Assembly: GCA_039630545.1 (NCBI GenBank)
Contig: JBCNUU010000015.1
Span: 257 to 26,078, forward strand
Source: Endomicrobiia bacterium
GTDB lineage: Bacteria > Elusimicrobiota > Endomicrobiia > DTEH01
Direction of reading: 5' to 3'
DNA: 25,822 nucleotides
Shown here piece after piece: positions 1 through 9,048 of the stretch; the stretch's first letter is position 1, and every line of letters begins with the position of its first letter. Both the position numbers and the translations under genes were made by a program. Under the pieces are notes generated by a model, which did not search any database, was not told where the DNA came from, and was given only the letters and a program-made list of their open reading frames with translations.

Positions 1-98
1 GTCCTATTATTAAGAAGGTAGTCATCAATTTTTATTTTTTGAAGTGTAACTCTGATGTTTCTTCCTTTAAATAGAGTGTTTATATCTTTAAGCGTCAT
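1..98 (-). CDS. 5' part of a CDS running off the left edge (MTLKDINTLFKGRNIRVTLQKIKIDDYLLNNR...), product unassigned
   Basis: ATG at 98-96 and AGGAGG Shine-Dalgarno on the minus strand (cctcct at 107-112). The frame is open to the window edge and a candidate promoter lies upstream. Not in the ORF track; translated by hand. Confidence 0.7.
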   Translation of the reverse strand, partial: MTLKDINTLFKGRNIRVTLQKIKIDDYLLNNR

Positions 99-134
99 TT
101 TTTAGACCTCCTCTTATTTTAGATTTTGTCTAAA

Positions 135-163
135 GTTATACTAATTAAAAAGATTTTTGTCAA
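135..163 (-). promoter_or_regulatory. Candidate sigma70 promoter TTGACA-N17-TATAAC
   Basis: tgtcaa at 158-163 (TTGACA on minus) and gttata at 135-140 (TATAAC on minus), 17-nt spacer, upstream of the RBS and ATG at 98. Confidence 0.55.
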
Positions 164-218
164 TAATTAGAAAAAAAGTTTAATGAGATTAAAAATTCAG
201 GTAAGAAAAAAATTAGGG

Positions 219-1349
219 CTATCTAAAAACTTTTTTAATTAAGCTATAAAATTTTAGAAGAAAACTTTTCTCAATAGTTATTGCATTATATGGGCATGCC
301 TCTTTACAGCAAAAACAACTTATACAGTTTTTATATTCAATGTAGTAAGTTTTGGCTTCAATTTTTATTGTTTTTTGAGGACATATTTCATAACATTTAC
401 CGCATTTTTTACAGAGATCTTCTTTTATCTCCGGTCTAAACCATATAAAGTTTTTTAGTATGTTGACAAAAAATTTAGGCAAGAAACTAAAAAATGTGAT
501 TGTCTGTGGTAGTGCAACTTTGATTTTTTTTACTAAATTTTTTGACTCTGAATCCAAATATAAAACTTCAGCTTCTTCAAAGTATTCTTTCTTATAAAAA
601 GGAATAATTTCTTTTTTAAGGATGTGCTTTACTAAAAACCAGTCAGCTGCTTTGTCTGATGTTGAAGAAACTATTATATTGAAGTTTCTAATTCTTCCTC
701 CAGCAGGACCTTCTTTGTCCATGCCTTTAATACCATCTATTATTACTAGGTGAGATTTTACTTGCCTCCATACAGCATAAAGAAGTTCAAGAAAATCTTG
801 TGGCAAAACAGCATACTTGTGATATAGTGACTTTGTAAGGCCTGGTATTATTCCATACATATTTTTTACTGCACATGTAAAAACAGTTAGTGAATGTGTT
901 TTTAACTTGGGTAAATTAATTATCATATCCACATCTTTTACTATTCTTGAGACCACTAACTTTTCTAAACCAAACTTTCCAAAAGGAACTTCAACTACAG
1001 GGTAGTTGTTTATGTTCAATATGGTTGCGTTTTCTTGTTGAGCAACCTTTTTAATTTCTGTTTTTATTATTACTTCTTGAAAATTTAATACAGATGGGCT
1101 GTCTGTTATTATTATTTCTGAGTTGCTGTTTAACTCTTTTAGAAGTTTTAGCACTGCCTGGACAAAAACAGGATGTGTTGTAACTGCTTCCTGTGGAGAA
1201 TGTGCTGCAAGTAAGTTGGGTTTTAATAGTATCTTTTTGGATGATTTTATTTTTTCTTCAACATTTAAAATTTTGATATGTTTAAGAATTTTATTTTTTA
1301 TATCTTCAAGTTTGTAATCTTGGGAATACGATACTACTACTTTATTCAT
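219..1349 (-). CDS. DUF362 family protein with C-terminal 2x[4Fe-4S] ferredoxin domain
   Basis: Motifs KPNLL...TTHP, NLPKLKTH, AVKN and GxDKEGP. The C-terminus has CKKCGKCYEICP and CISCFCCKEACP (two CxxCxxCxxxCP). Start overlaps the upstream stop by 8 nt. Confidence 0.85.
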   Translation of the reverse strand: MNKVVVSYSQDYKLEDIKNKILKHIKILNVEEKIKSSKKILLKPNLLAAHSPQEAVTTHPVFVQAVLKLLKELNSNSEIIITDSPSVLNFQEVIIKTEIKKVAQQENATILNINNYPVVEVPFGKFGLEKLVVSRIVKDVDMIINLPKLKTHSLTVFTCAVKNMYGIIPGLTKSLYHKYAVLPQDFLELLYAVWRQVKSHLVIIDGIKGMDKEGPAGGRIRNFNIIVSSTSDKAADWFLVKHILKKEIIPFYKKEYFEEAEVLYLDSESKNLVKKIKVALPQTITFFSFLPKFFVNILKNFIWFRPEIKEDLCKKCGKCYEICPQKTIKIEAKTYYIEYKNCISCFCCKEACPYNAITIEKSFLLKFYSLIKKVFR

Positions 1350-2100
1350 AGTTTTTTAGTTTAGATTTGAAACAGTCATAAAACAAAACTATAAATGCTA
1401 AAGGTAGTTTTATTATCCTTGTGATACGCCAGGGTTGTTGTGCTAATCTAAAAAACCACTCCAGTCCCAAAATTCTAAAAAATTTAGGTGCTCGTTTTAA
1501 TTTACCACTTATTACATCAAAACTTCCACCTACTCCAATTACTACTTTACAATCTAACTTATTTAGATTATTATAAATCCATTTTTCCTGTAGTTCTGTT
1601 GGCAATCCAACCAGTAAAATGTCTGGCTTTTTTTTATTTATATCTTCTATTACCTTTTTTTCTTCAGAGATGTCTGAAAAAATATACCCATGGTGACAAC
1701 CTACTATATTTGCTTGATATTTGTCAATAAGATTCATTGAGGCTTGTTTCACTATTTCTTTTTTTGAACCAAAAAGGTATATAGAATAATTTTTTGTCCT
1801 AGAAATTTTTGCTATTTCTTCCACAAGTTCTATTCCAGGTTGATGTCTTAATATTTTTAAAGAAAAAACACTACACACAAAAGCAACACCAAAAGAATCA
1901 CATATTACAAGTTTAGAGTTTTTAAATGCTTTAAATGACCAGGGATCTATTTTTGTTTGAAAATATATAAGAGAATTAAGAGTTATTATCTGGGAAGGAT
2001 TATTAAAGGAATTTATAATCAATTTTTCTATTTTGTTAAGAAGTTCATTTAAATTTCCAAATAATACTTCTTTTCCTTTAATAAAAAATATATACATCAA
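1342..2100 (-). CDS. WecB/TagA/CpsF family glycosyltransferase (GT26)
   Basis: Motifs CDSFG, HGY, PDILLVGL..xQEKW, GVGGSFDV, RAP, GLEWFFRL and QPWR. The true start may be the ATG at 2097 rather than the TTG at 2100. Confidence 0.9.
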   Translation of the reverse strand: MMYIFFIKGKEVLFGNLNELLNKIEKLIINSFNNPSQIITLNSLIYFQTKIDPWSFKAFKNSKLVICDSFGVAFVCSVFSLKILRHQPGIELVEEIAKISRTKNYSIYLFGSKKEIVKQASMNLIDKYQANIVGCHHGYIFSDISEEKKVIEDINKKKPDILLVGLPTELQEKWIYNNLNKLDCKVVIGVGGSFDVISGKLKRAPKFFRILGLEWFFRLAQQPWRITRIIKLPLAFIVLFYDCFKSKLKNYE

Positions 2101-2102
2101 AC

Positions 2103-5100
2103 TTAAACCACAGTTTCTGCTTTCTGAAGTTTTATAGCTATTACTTTTGAAACACCAAGTTCTTCCATAGTGACACCATAAAGTGTATTTATAAACTCCA
2201 TAGTTCTTGTATTATGAGTTATAAGCAAAAATTTTGTATCTTTAGAAAAATCCTTAAGCAAATTCATAAACCTAACTACATTTGTCTCATCTAACTGAGC
2301 GTCCGCTTCATCTAACACACAGAATGGAGCTGGTTTTACCATAAAAAATGAAAAAAGTAAAGCAAACGCAACAAGTGACTTTTCTCCACCTGACAACAGA
2401 TTTATATTTTGTAGTTTCTTACCTGGTGGCTGGACCATTATTTCTATACCTGACTCAAGAAGATTATCTTCATTTGTTAAAAGAAGATCTGCTTTGCCTC
2501 CTTCAAATAAAATCCCGCATAGTTTTATAAAATTTTGTTTAACTTTATAAAATGTTTCCTTAAAGTTTTCACTTATTTGTTTGTTTATCTTAGAAATAGC
2601 TTCTTTCAAATCTTGTTGAGCTTTAATTAAATCTTGCTGTTGAGCTACCATATGGTTATATTTCTCTTCAAGCTGAGCATATTCTTCCGGAGCTGCCAGA
2701 TTAACCGCACTCATTGTTTCTAAACGTTTTTTTAGTTTTTCTATAGTTTCAAGATTAACCTCTTTTATATGGCCATAAAGTTGGACTGCTTCTTGTAAGC
2801 TGATACTGTATTTATCCTCTAACCAGCTTGAGATGTTGTTAAGATTGTTTTGTAAAGTGTTTTTTTCTATCTCAAGAGAAGTAAGTTTCTGTTGGATCGC
2901 TTCTTTTTGTTCACTTAACAACTTGAGTTTCTCTTCTTTTTGCTGAATTTGGTTTTTTTTATTTTCAATTTCATTTATTAACTTTTCTAATTCTAAAGAC
3001 ACTTCTTTTTTCTTTTCTAAATATTCAGAAAGAATTTCCTCTTCCTTTGAAAGATTTTGTTTTGTTTTTTCTAACAAGGTTTCCTTTTCTTCAATTTCTC
3101 TTTGGAGAGTTTGAGTTTTTTGTTGATTATAAAAAATCAAATTGTTTTTCGTCTTTATTTCTTCTAATATGTTGTTATATTGTTGAGTAAGTCTTGAGTA
3201 TTCAGAACTTATCTCTACATACTTTTCTACAACTTCACTCGATTGAAGTTGAGAAATACAACTAAGTAAATTTTCTATTTCTTCTCTTAAGTTTTTTTCT
3301 TGTTCATCTAAAGCTTTCAATTCGTTATTTAATCTGTCTAATTTTTCCTGTAAATTTAAAGATTCTTTCTTTTTATTTTCAAGATCACTTTCTAAAGTAG
3401 ATTCTAAATTCTGAATAGTTTCAAAGTATTCTTCTTTTTCGGTTTTAGACTTGTATAATTGTTGAAGTTGAGTTTCAACTAAAATTAAATTTTTTTCTAA
3501 ATTTGTTTTTAAGTCCAAATTTTGTTGAAGATCTTTGCTTAAATTGGTTATACTATCACTTATCTTAGTCAAGATAGAAGAAACTTCATTTAATTTTTCT
3601 CTAAAAGAAGCTATGTCTTCCTGAAGTTGTTTTTCTGAATATCCTGAATGAATCAGGCAGTCTGAAACTAAAGTGTTATTTTTGAATTTAACATTAAAAA
3701 ACAAAAATTTTACTAACTTTTCCCATTCTTTATCAAAAGAAATTAGGTTTAACAAATCATTGTCTAACTCGTAGTTTATGTCTAAACTTTCTAATCTCTG
3801 TTTGACAATAAATGTCGCAAAACCTAATGCATTACTTTTAATTAATTCAATAATTTTATAAGCATCCTCTTCTTTCTGTACCACCAACCAGAACAGTTTA
3901 TTTCCCAGATATGTTGAAACCAATTGATAGTGCTGAGGATCAATTTTTATAATGGAACTCACAGGTAAACATACTTCTAAAAGCTCATGTTGTTTAAGTA
4001 CCTCAAGTAATCTGTTTAAATTATATCCATAAATGGAAAAACTGCTTGAAAGATTTTCCAGTTTAGAGTTGAGAATATAAAACTCTTTATTTTTTTCTTC
4101 ATAATCTGCCTTTTGTTTTTCTAGCTGAAGTTTTATTGTTTCTATCTCTTTGTCAAGCTCAGTTATTTCTTTAAGCAGTTGGTTCTTTTTTTCTTCTAAA
4201 AAAGATATTTCATTAAGAATATCATTTATTTCTTTAGAAATTATTTCTTTTTGTTTCTTATTAGACAGCAAATCTTTTTCTACTGTATGGATTTCTAAAT
4301 TTATAAGTTGATTTTGTTTAGACAGAGATGAAATTTCATTTCTAATTCTTATTTTTTGATAAGAAATCTCGTTTACTAATTTATTTTTTTCTCCAATTTT
4401 GTTTTGGCTTTCTCCTATTTGTTCTCTATATTCTTCGTATTCTCTAGAGTGAAGAATTTTTTGTTGCTCTAGTATGTTTGTTTCAGAAAGGAGGCTATCT
4501 TTTTTGCTTCCTAACTGCAAAATTTCATTTGTATATTCTTCAATTTTTTTGTTCAATTCTTCTATTTCTATTTTAAGTTTATCTATATCTTCTTCATATT
4601 TAAAAATGTCTGATTTAAAGCCTTCTATTTTTTGAGTAGAAGATGATATATTTTTTTCTATTTCTGTATCTCTATCTTTCAACTGCAGCAGTTCTTTCTC
4701 TCTCTGAGAGAGTTCAAGCTTCAAAGAAACTATTTCTGCTTCAATTTGTGATATAGAAGAAACTAACTGAGTGTATTGAGATGTAGTATCTATGTATAAA
4801 TTTTCTATCTCTTTAAGTCTATTCTGAGCTGCCTCTGTTTGAATAACCGCATTTGCACATTCTAAAACTCGCAACTCTTCTTTATATTTTTGATAATTTT
4901 TAGCTTTTTTAACTGCTTGTTCTAATGAAGCCATCTGTTCTTTTATATACACTAAGATATCATCCACCCTTGCCATATCAAGCTTTACTCTTTCAAGTTT
5001 TCTTAAAGCTTCTTCTCTTTTTACTTTATACTTTGCAATCCCAGCTGTTTCTTCAAAAAGAAGTCGTCTTTCTTCAGGCTTTGCTGAAACCACAAATTCC

Positions 5101-5534
5101 ACTTTTCCTTGTGGAATAATTCCGTATCCATCGGAAGAAAGTCCAGTGTCTAAAATAAGTTCTTTTATATCTTTTAATCTACACGGAACCCTGTTAAGAT
5201 AGTACTCAGTTTCACCATTTCTATACATTTTTCTTGTAATAGAAACTTCCTCATAATCTACAGGAAAAATTTTTTTAGAATTATCAAACACCACTGTTAC
5301 TTCACACCAATTTAAAGGTGGTTTACTTTCTGAACCAGAAAATATTACATCAGTAGGGGTCTTTGCTCTTATTTCTTTTAAGGATTGCTCTCCTAAACAC
5401 CATTTGATTGCATCAACTATGTTAGATTTTCCTGAACCATTGGGACCCACAATTCCGTTTATTGTATCATCAAACGTAAGAACTGTTCTTTCTGAAAAAG
5501 ATTTGAAACCATATATTTCTATTTGTTTAAGCAT
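2103..5534 (-). CDS. smc: Chromosome segregation protein SMC
   Basis: N-terminal GFKSF and Walker A GPNGSGKSN, Q-loop IIPQG, long coiled coils, central hinge (LG...GFATF), signature LSGGE, Walker B/D-loop VLDEADAQLD and H-loop ITHN. Confidence 0.96.
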   Translation of the reverse strand: MLKQIEIYGFKSFSERTVLTFDDTINGIVGPNGSGKSNIVDAIKWCLGEQSLKEIRAKTPTDVIFSGSESKPPLNWCEVTVVFDNSKKIFPVDYEEVSITRKMYRNGETEYYLNRVPCRLKDIKELILDTGLSSDGYGIIPQGKVEFVVSAKPEERRLLFEETAGIAKYKVKREEALRKLERVKLDMARVDDILVYIKEQMASLEQAVKKAKNYQKYKEELRVLECANAVIQTEAAQNRLKEIENLYIDTTSQYTQLVSSISQIEAEIVSLKLELSQREKELLQLKDRDTEIEKNISSSTQKIEGFKSDIFKYEEDIDKLKIEIEELNKKIEEYTNEILQLGSKKDSLLSETNILEQQKILHSREYEEYREQIGESQNKIGEKNKLVNEISYQKIRIRNEISSLSKQNQLINLEIHTVEKDLLSNKKQKEIISKEINDILNEISFLEEKKNQLLKEITELDKEIETIKLQLEKQKADYEEKNKEFYILNSKLENLSSSFSIYGYNLNRLLEVLKQHELLEVCLPVSSIIKIDPQHYQLVSTYLGNKLFWLVVQKEEDAYKIIELIKSNALGFATFIVKQRLESLDINYELDNDLLNLISFDKEWEKLVKFLFFNVKFKNNTLVSDCLIHSGYSEKQLQEDIASFREKLNEVSSILTKISDSITNLSKDLQQNLDLKTNLEKNLILVETQLQQLYKSKTEKEEYFETIQNLESTLESDLENKKKESLNLQEKLDRLNNELKALDEQEKNLREEIENLLSCISQLQSSEVVEKYVEISSEYSRLTQQYNNILEEIKTKNNLIFYNQQKTQTLQREIEEKETLLEKTKQNLSKEEEILSEYLEKKKEVSLELEKLINEIENKKNQIQQKEEKLKLLSEQKEAIQQKLTSLEIEKNTLQNNLNNISSWLEDKYSISLQEAVQLYGHIKEVNLETIEKLKKRLETMSAVNLAAPEEYAQLEEKYNHMVAQQQDLIKAQQDLKEAISKINKQISENFKETFYKVKQNFIKLCGILFEGGKADLLLTNEDNLLESGIEIMVQPPGKKLQNINLLSGGEKSLVAFALLFSFFMVKPAPFCVLDEADAQLDETNVVRFMNLLKDFSKDTKFLLITHNTRTMEFINTLYGVTMEELGVSKVIAIKLQKAETVV

Positions 5535-5597
5535 AGGAGCACTCCTTGAAATTTTTGGTTTTACCAGATTTATTTTTCTTTTGCTATTTTTTGTTAT

Positions 5598-5626
5598 GTT
5601 TTACCAAATTATATTTATAAAGTCAA
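5598..5626 (-). promoter_or_regulatory. Candidate sigma70 promoter for smc, TTGACT-N17-TAAAAC with extended -10 TG
   Basis: agtcaa at 5621-5626 and gtttta at 5598-5603, preceded on the minus strand by TGG. The AT-rich background weakens the call. Confidence 0.35.
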
Positions 5627-5705
5627 CACAACAAATGATTTATTTTTCGGCTAATATATTGATTTTAATATCTGTAATTTATTATTTTAATATTATTTTA
5701 AAAAA

Positions 5706-5787
5706 GCCGCGGTGGCGGAACTGGCAGACGCACACGGCTTAGGACCGTGTTCCGAAAGGAGTGGAGGTTCAAATCCTCTCCGCGGCA
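5706..5787 (+). tRNA. tRNA-Leu (anticodon TAG), CCA not encoded
   Basis: Acceptor stem GCCGCGG/CCGCGGC with discriminator A, D-loop with GG, anticodon arm CACGG-CTTAGGA-CCGTG, long variable arm TCC-GAAA-GGA and T-arm GGAGG-TTCAAAT-CCTCT. Followed by TTT rather than CCA. A tRNA-Leu upstream of tig is a common arrangement. Confidence 0.97.
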
Positions 5788-5820
5788 TTTTTCAAAATTT
5801 TTATGAATTTCGTATTTACC

Positions 5821-5849
5821 TTGACAACCAATTTAAATTTTTTTATAAG
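5821..5849 (+). promoter_or_regulatory. Candidate sigma70 promoter for tig-clpP-clpX-lon, TTGACA-N17-TATAAG
   Basis: Perfect TTGACA at 5821-5826 and TATAAG at 5844-5849 (alternative TAAGAT at 5846-5851), 11 nt before the tig ATG. Confidence 0.55.
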
Positions 5850-5860
5850 ATAATTTTATT

Positions 5861-7180
5861 ATGAAAAATATAACTTCAGAAATCACAAAGTTGTCTGCTT
5901 GTAAATTAAAAATAAAAGTTAATATTTCTTCTCAACTTATACAACAATTATATAATGAGTGTTGTTTAGATATCCAAAGGAACCTTCAACTACCCGGATT
6001 TAGAAAAGGTCATGTCCCATTAGAAATAATAAAAAAACAACTAAAAGAAGAAATCAATCAAAAACTAATAGATAAATCTTTACAGAAGACTTTACCTGAA
6101 GTTTTAAATGAACACAAAATTAAATATATTCCTGATTCTTTGAAAATTGAAAAAGTTGATATAAAAGAAGACAGTGTTTCTTCTTATGAAGTTACACTAG
6201 AAACTGAACCAGAAGTTAAACTAAAATCTTATAAAGGGCTAAAACTTAAAAAAGAAGTAAGAAAAACAACTCAAAAAGACATAGAAGCCGCTTTAAACCA
6301 AATAAGGGAACGCTATTCAAAAATAGTTCCATCACAAAAAACAAAAATATCTCAAGAAGATATTCTATCTACAAGTAACGTATTTTGTGTTGTTAATTAT
6401 AAGATATTTATTGACTCAAAAGAACTAAAAAAATATGAAGGGAAAAATGTATTGATAAGTTTAGCTTCTGAAAATCTACCTTTTGGTTTAAAAGAAGGTA
6501 TGGTTGGAATGAGTGTTGGAGAGAAAAAAACAATAGATGTAGAATTCCCAGTAAACATCCCTCAAATAGAACTTATGGGGAAAAAAGCTCAAATAGAACT
6601 GGAAGTTGTTGAGATAAAAGAAAGAACTCTTCCAACAATAGATGAAGAGTTTGCAAAAAATATAGGATATAAAAGTTTAGACGATTTAATTTCTAATCTA
6701 AAGGATTCAATTCAACGTGAATTCGATAATGAATCAAATCAAAAACTAAAAAATCAGATTTATGAAATTTTATTAAATGAACATAAAATTACTGTTTCTC
6801 AAACTGAAATTGAAAATCATTACAATGAAATTTTAGAAGAAATAAAAAGAGATTTCATATCCAGGGGAGGCAAAGAAGAAGATTTTAACCTACCAGATGA
6901 GCAACAAAAACAACTTCTAAAAAAAGCAGAAAATGAAGTAAAATTAAAATATATCTTAAGAGCTATAATTCAACAGGAAAAGATAGAAATAACAAAAGAA
7001 GAACTTGAGAAAGAGAAAGGAAAATTTCTTTCTTTATATCCTGGTAAAGAAAAAGAAATTAACGAATACTTTGAAAAAAATATTCACTACATTACATCTA
7101 AATTATTAGAAGATAAAATTTTAAATCTAATAATATCTTCTGCAAAAATAAAAGAAATGGATATTACACCTAAACAATAA
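5861..7180 (+). CDS. tig: Trigger factor
   Basis: Ribosome-binding signature PGFRKGHVP, FKBP-like central domain (GMSVGEKKTIDVEFP...LMGKKA) and DEEFAK. 439 aa, with tRNA-Leu-tig-clpP-clpX-lon synteny. Confidence 0.95.
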   Translation: MKNITSEITKLSACKLKIKVNISSQLIQQLYNECCLDIQRNLQLPGFRKGHVPLEIIKKQLKEEINQKLIDKSLQKTLPEVLNEHKIKYIPDSLKIEKVDIKEDSVSSYEVTLETEPEVKLKSYKGLKLKKEVRKTTQKDIEAALNQIRERYSKIVPSQKTKISQEDILSTSNVFCVVNYKIFIDSKELKKYEGKNVLISLASENLPFGLKEGMVGMSVGEKKTIDVEFPVNIPQIELMGKKAQIELEVVEIKERTLPTIDEEFAKNIGYKSLDDLISNLKDSIQREFDNESNQKLKNQIYEILLNEHKITVSQTEIENHYNEILEEIKRDFISRGGKEEDFNLPDEQQKQLLKKAENEVKLKYILRAIIQQEKIEITKEELEKEKGKFLSLYPGKEKEINEYFEKNIHYITSKLLEDKILNLIISSAKIKEMDITPKQ

Positions 7181-7201
7181 TTAAATATTCTGGAGGAGTA
7201 T

Positions 7202-7819
7202 ATGCCTACCATAATTCCTACTATAATAGAAAGATGGAACCAAGGAGCAGCTGTAGGATACGATATTTTCTCAAGATTATTAAGAGACAGAATTATATTT
7301 GTAGGAGGTTATGGTGGTGCTATTACTACTGAGATTGCTGATTTAGTAATAGCTCAACTTTTATATCTTGAAAGCGAAGATCCAAATAAAGATATCTACT
7401 TATATATTAATTCTCCAGGTGGTCTTGTAACCGCAGGACTAGCTGTGTACGACACTATGCAATATATAAGCTGTCCTATAACAACTGTTTGTGTAGGAAT
7501 GGCTATGAGTTTTGGAGCTTTGCTTCTTGCTGCTGGGACAAAAGGAAAAAGATTTGCACTACCACACGCAAGAATAATGATTCATCAGCCCTTAATTTAT
7601 GGAGAGGGCATAAGTGGAACTGTTACTGATATCGACATTGAAACAAAAGAACTTATACACACAAAGGAAAAACTTATAGAAATTCTTGCGAAACACACAG
7701 GACAACCAATAGAAAAAATTAGAAAAGATACAGAAAGAAATTACTATATGTCAGCAGAAGAAGCTAAAAATTATGGAATTATTGATGAAGTAATAATCAG
7801 TAGAAAAAATATAAAATGA
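7202..7819 (+). CDS. clpP: ATP-dependent Clp protease proteolytic subunit (triad Ser103-His128-Asn180)
   Basis: Motifs [34 protein letters not shown] and [21 protein letters not shown] upstream. Confidence 0.97.
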   Translation: MPTIIPTIIERWNQGAAVGYDIFSRLLRDRIIFVGGYGGAITTEIADLVIAQLLYLESEDPNKDIYLYINSPGGLVTAGLAVYDTMQYISCPITTVCVGMAMSFGALLLAAGTKGKRFALPHARIMIHQPLIYGEGISGTVTDIDIETKELIHTKEKLIEILAKHTGQPIEKIRKDTERNYYMSAEEAKNYGIIDEVIISRKNIK

Positions 7820-9048
7820 AAAATAAAATTTTTTGTTCACTTTGTAATAAGGAATTAGACGAAACACAAAAAGATACAAAATTTATTGGTAAAAATAATA
7901 TATATATCTGCGAAGACTGCATTATCTTTTCATATGAGCTTATTGGAAGGTTAAAAAGTAAAACTTTTTCTCATAAAAATTTCCACTTGTTTTCTCCAAA
8001 AAAAATAAAATGTTTTTTAGACGAGTATGTGATAGGACAAGAGGAAGCAAAAAAAATTCTTTCAGTTGCGGTTTATAACCACTACAAAAGAGTGTTTTTG
8101 TTAAAAGATGAGGATATAGAAATACAAAAATCAAATATTTTACTTATAGGTCCTACTGGCAACGGTAAAACTCTTCTTGCAGAGACTCTGGCAAAACTTT
8201 TAAACGTACCTTTTGCGATAGTAGATGCCACAGTATACACAGAAGCAGGTTATGTCGGAGAGGATGTAGAAAATATTCTTTTAAGACTACTCCAAGCAGC
8301 AAACTTTAATGTAAGTTTAGCTGAGATAGGTATTGTTTATATAGATGAAATAGATAAACTTTCAAGGAAAAGTGATTCTCCTTCAATAACTCGTGATGTG
8401 TCAGGAGAAGGCGTTCAACAGGCACTACTTAAAATTCTTGAAGGAACCATCTCCAATGTTCCTCCACAAGGAGGAAGAAAACATCCATATCAAGAGTTTA
8501 TTCAGGTAAATACAAAGAACATTTTATTTATATGTGGTGGAGCATTTGAAGGTCTGGATAAAATTGTAAAAGAAAGAATTAACAAAAAACATATTGGATT
8601 TTTGCAAGAAAAAAACAGACAAGATGATACTCAATGGTGGAAATATATTCAACCTCAGGATCTGATAAAATATGGACTCATACCTGAACTGGTAGGAAGA
8701 CTACCTGTAGTGGCTTTTACTTCAGAACTTACAGAGCAACAACTTCAAGAAGTTTTAATAAAACCAAAGAATTCTTTAATAAAGCAATATAAAAAATTAT
8801 TTGAACTTGAAGGAATAGATTTAGAATTTACTGAGGATGCAATCTCTGAGATAGCTCATCTGGCAAAACAACAAAACACAGGAGCACGAGGATTAAAAAC
8901 TATACTTGAAAATCTTCTTACAAATGTTATATTTGAATTGTCTGAAACAAAAATGGTTCAAAAGTGTATAATAAACTCTGATGTGGTAAAAAACAAAATA
9001 AAACCAATTTACATATATAGAACCGAAAGTAATTTTAAACTAGCTTGA
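7816..9048 (+). CDS. clpX: ATP-dependent Clp protease ATP-binding subunit ClpX
   Basis: N-terminal C4 zinc finger (CSLC...CEDC), AVYNHYKR, Walker [13 protein letters not shown] pore loop, [23 protein letters not shown] loop, IGF loop and TGARGL. ATGA overlap with clpP. Confidence 0.97.
   Translation: MKNKIFCSLCNKELDETQKDTKFIGKNNIYICEDCIIFSYELIGRLKSKTFSHKNFHLFSPKKIKCFLDEYVIGQEEAKKILSVAVYNHYKRVFLLKDEDIEIQKSNILLIGPTGNGKTLLAETLAKLLNVPFAIVDATVYTEAGYVGEDVENILLRLLQAANFNVSLAEIGIVYIDEIDKLSRKSDSPSITRDVSGEGVQQALLKILEGTISNVPPQGGRKHPYQEFIQVNTKNILFICGGAFEGLDKIVKERINKKHIGFLQEKNRQDDTQWWKYIQPQDLIKYGLIPELVGRLPVVAFTSELTEQQLQEVLIKPKNSLIKQYKKLFELEGIDLEFTEDAISEIAHLAKQQNTGARGLKTILENLLTNVIFELSETKMVQKCIINSDVVKNKIKPIYIYRTESNFKLA

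Noticed and set aside
1..98. NUDIX (ADP-ribose pyrophosphatase)-like assignment from the TLFKGRNIRV segment
   Set aside because: Only 32 codons are visible and no Nudix box is seen, so the resemblance is too weak to call.
5556..5566. TGGT-TTT-ACCA inverted repeat in the smc leader as a FadR-type operator or terminator
   Set aside because: The arms are only 4 bp, symmetry does not extend, and such a match is expected by chance.
5404..5742. 112-aa plus-strand ORF in the ORF track
   Set aside because: It is antisense to the smc 5' end, crosses the AT-rich promoter region and ends inside the tRNA-Leu gene. No RBS or recognisable motif.
5706..5860. tRNA-Leu as an integration site for a genomic island
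   Set aside because: No integrase and no duplicated tRNA 3' end seen in the window. tig follows directly in canonical synteny.
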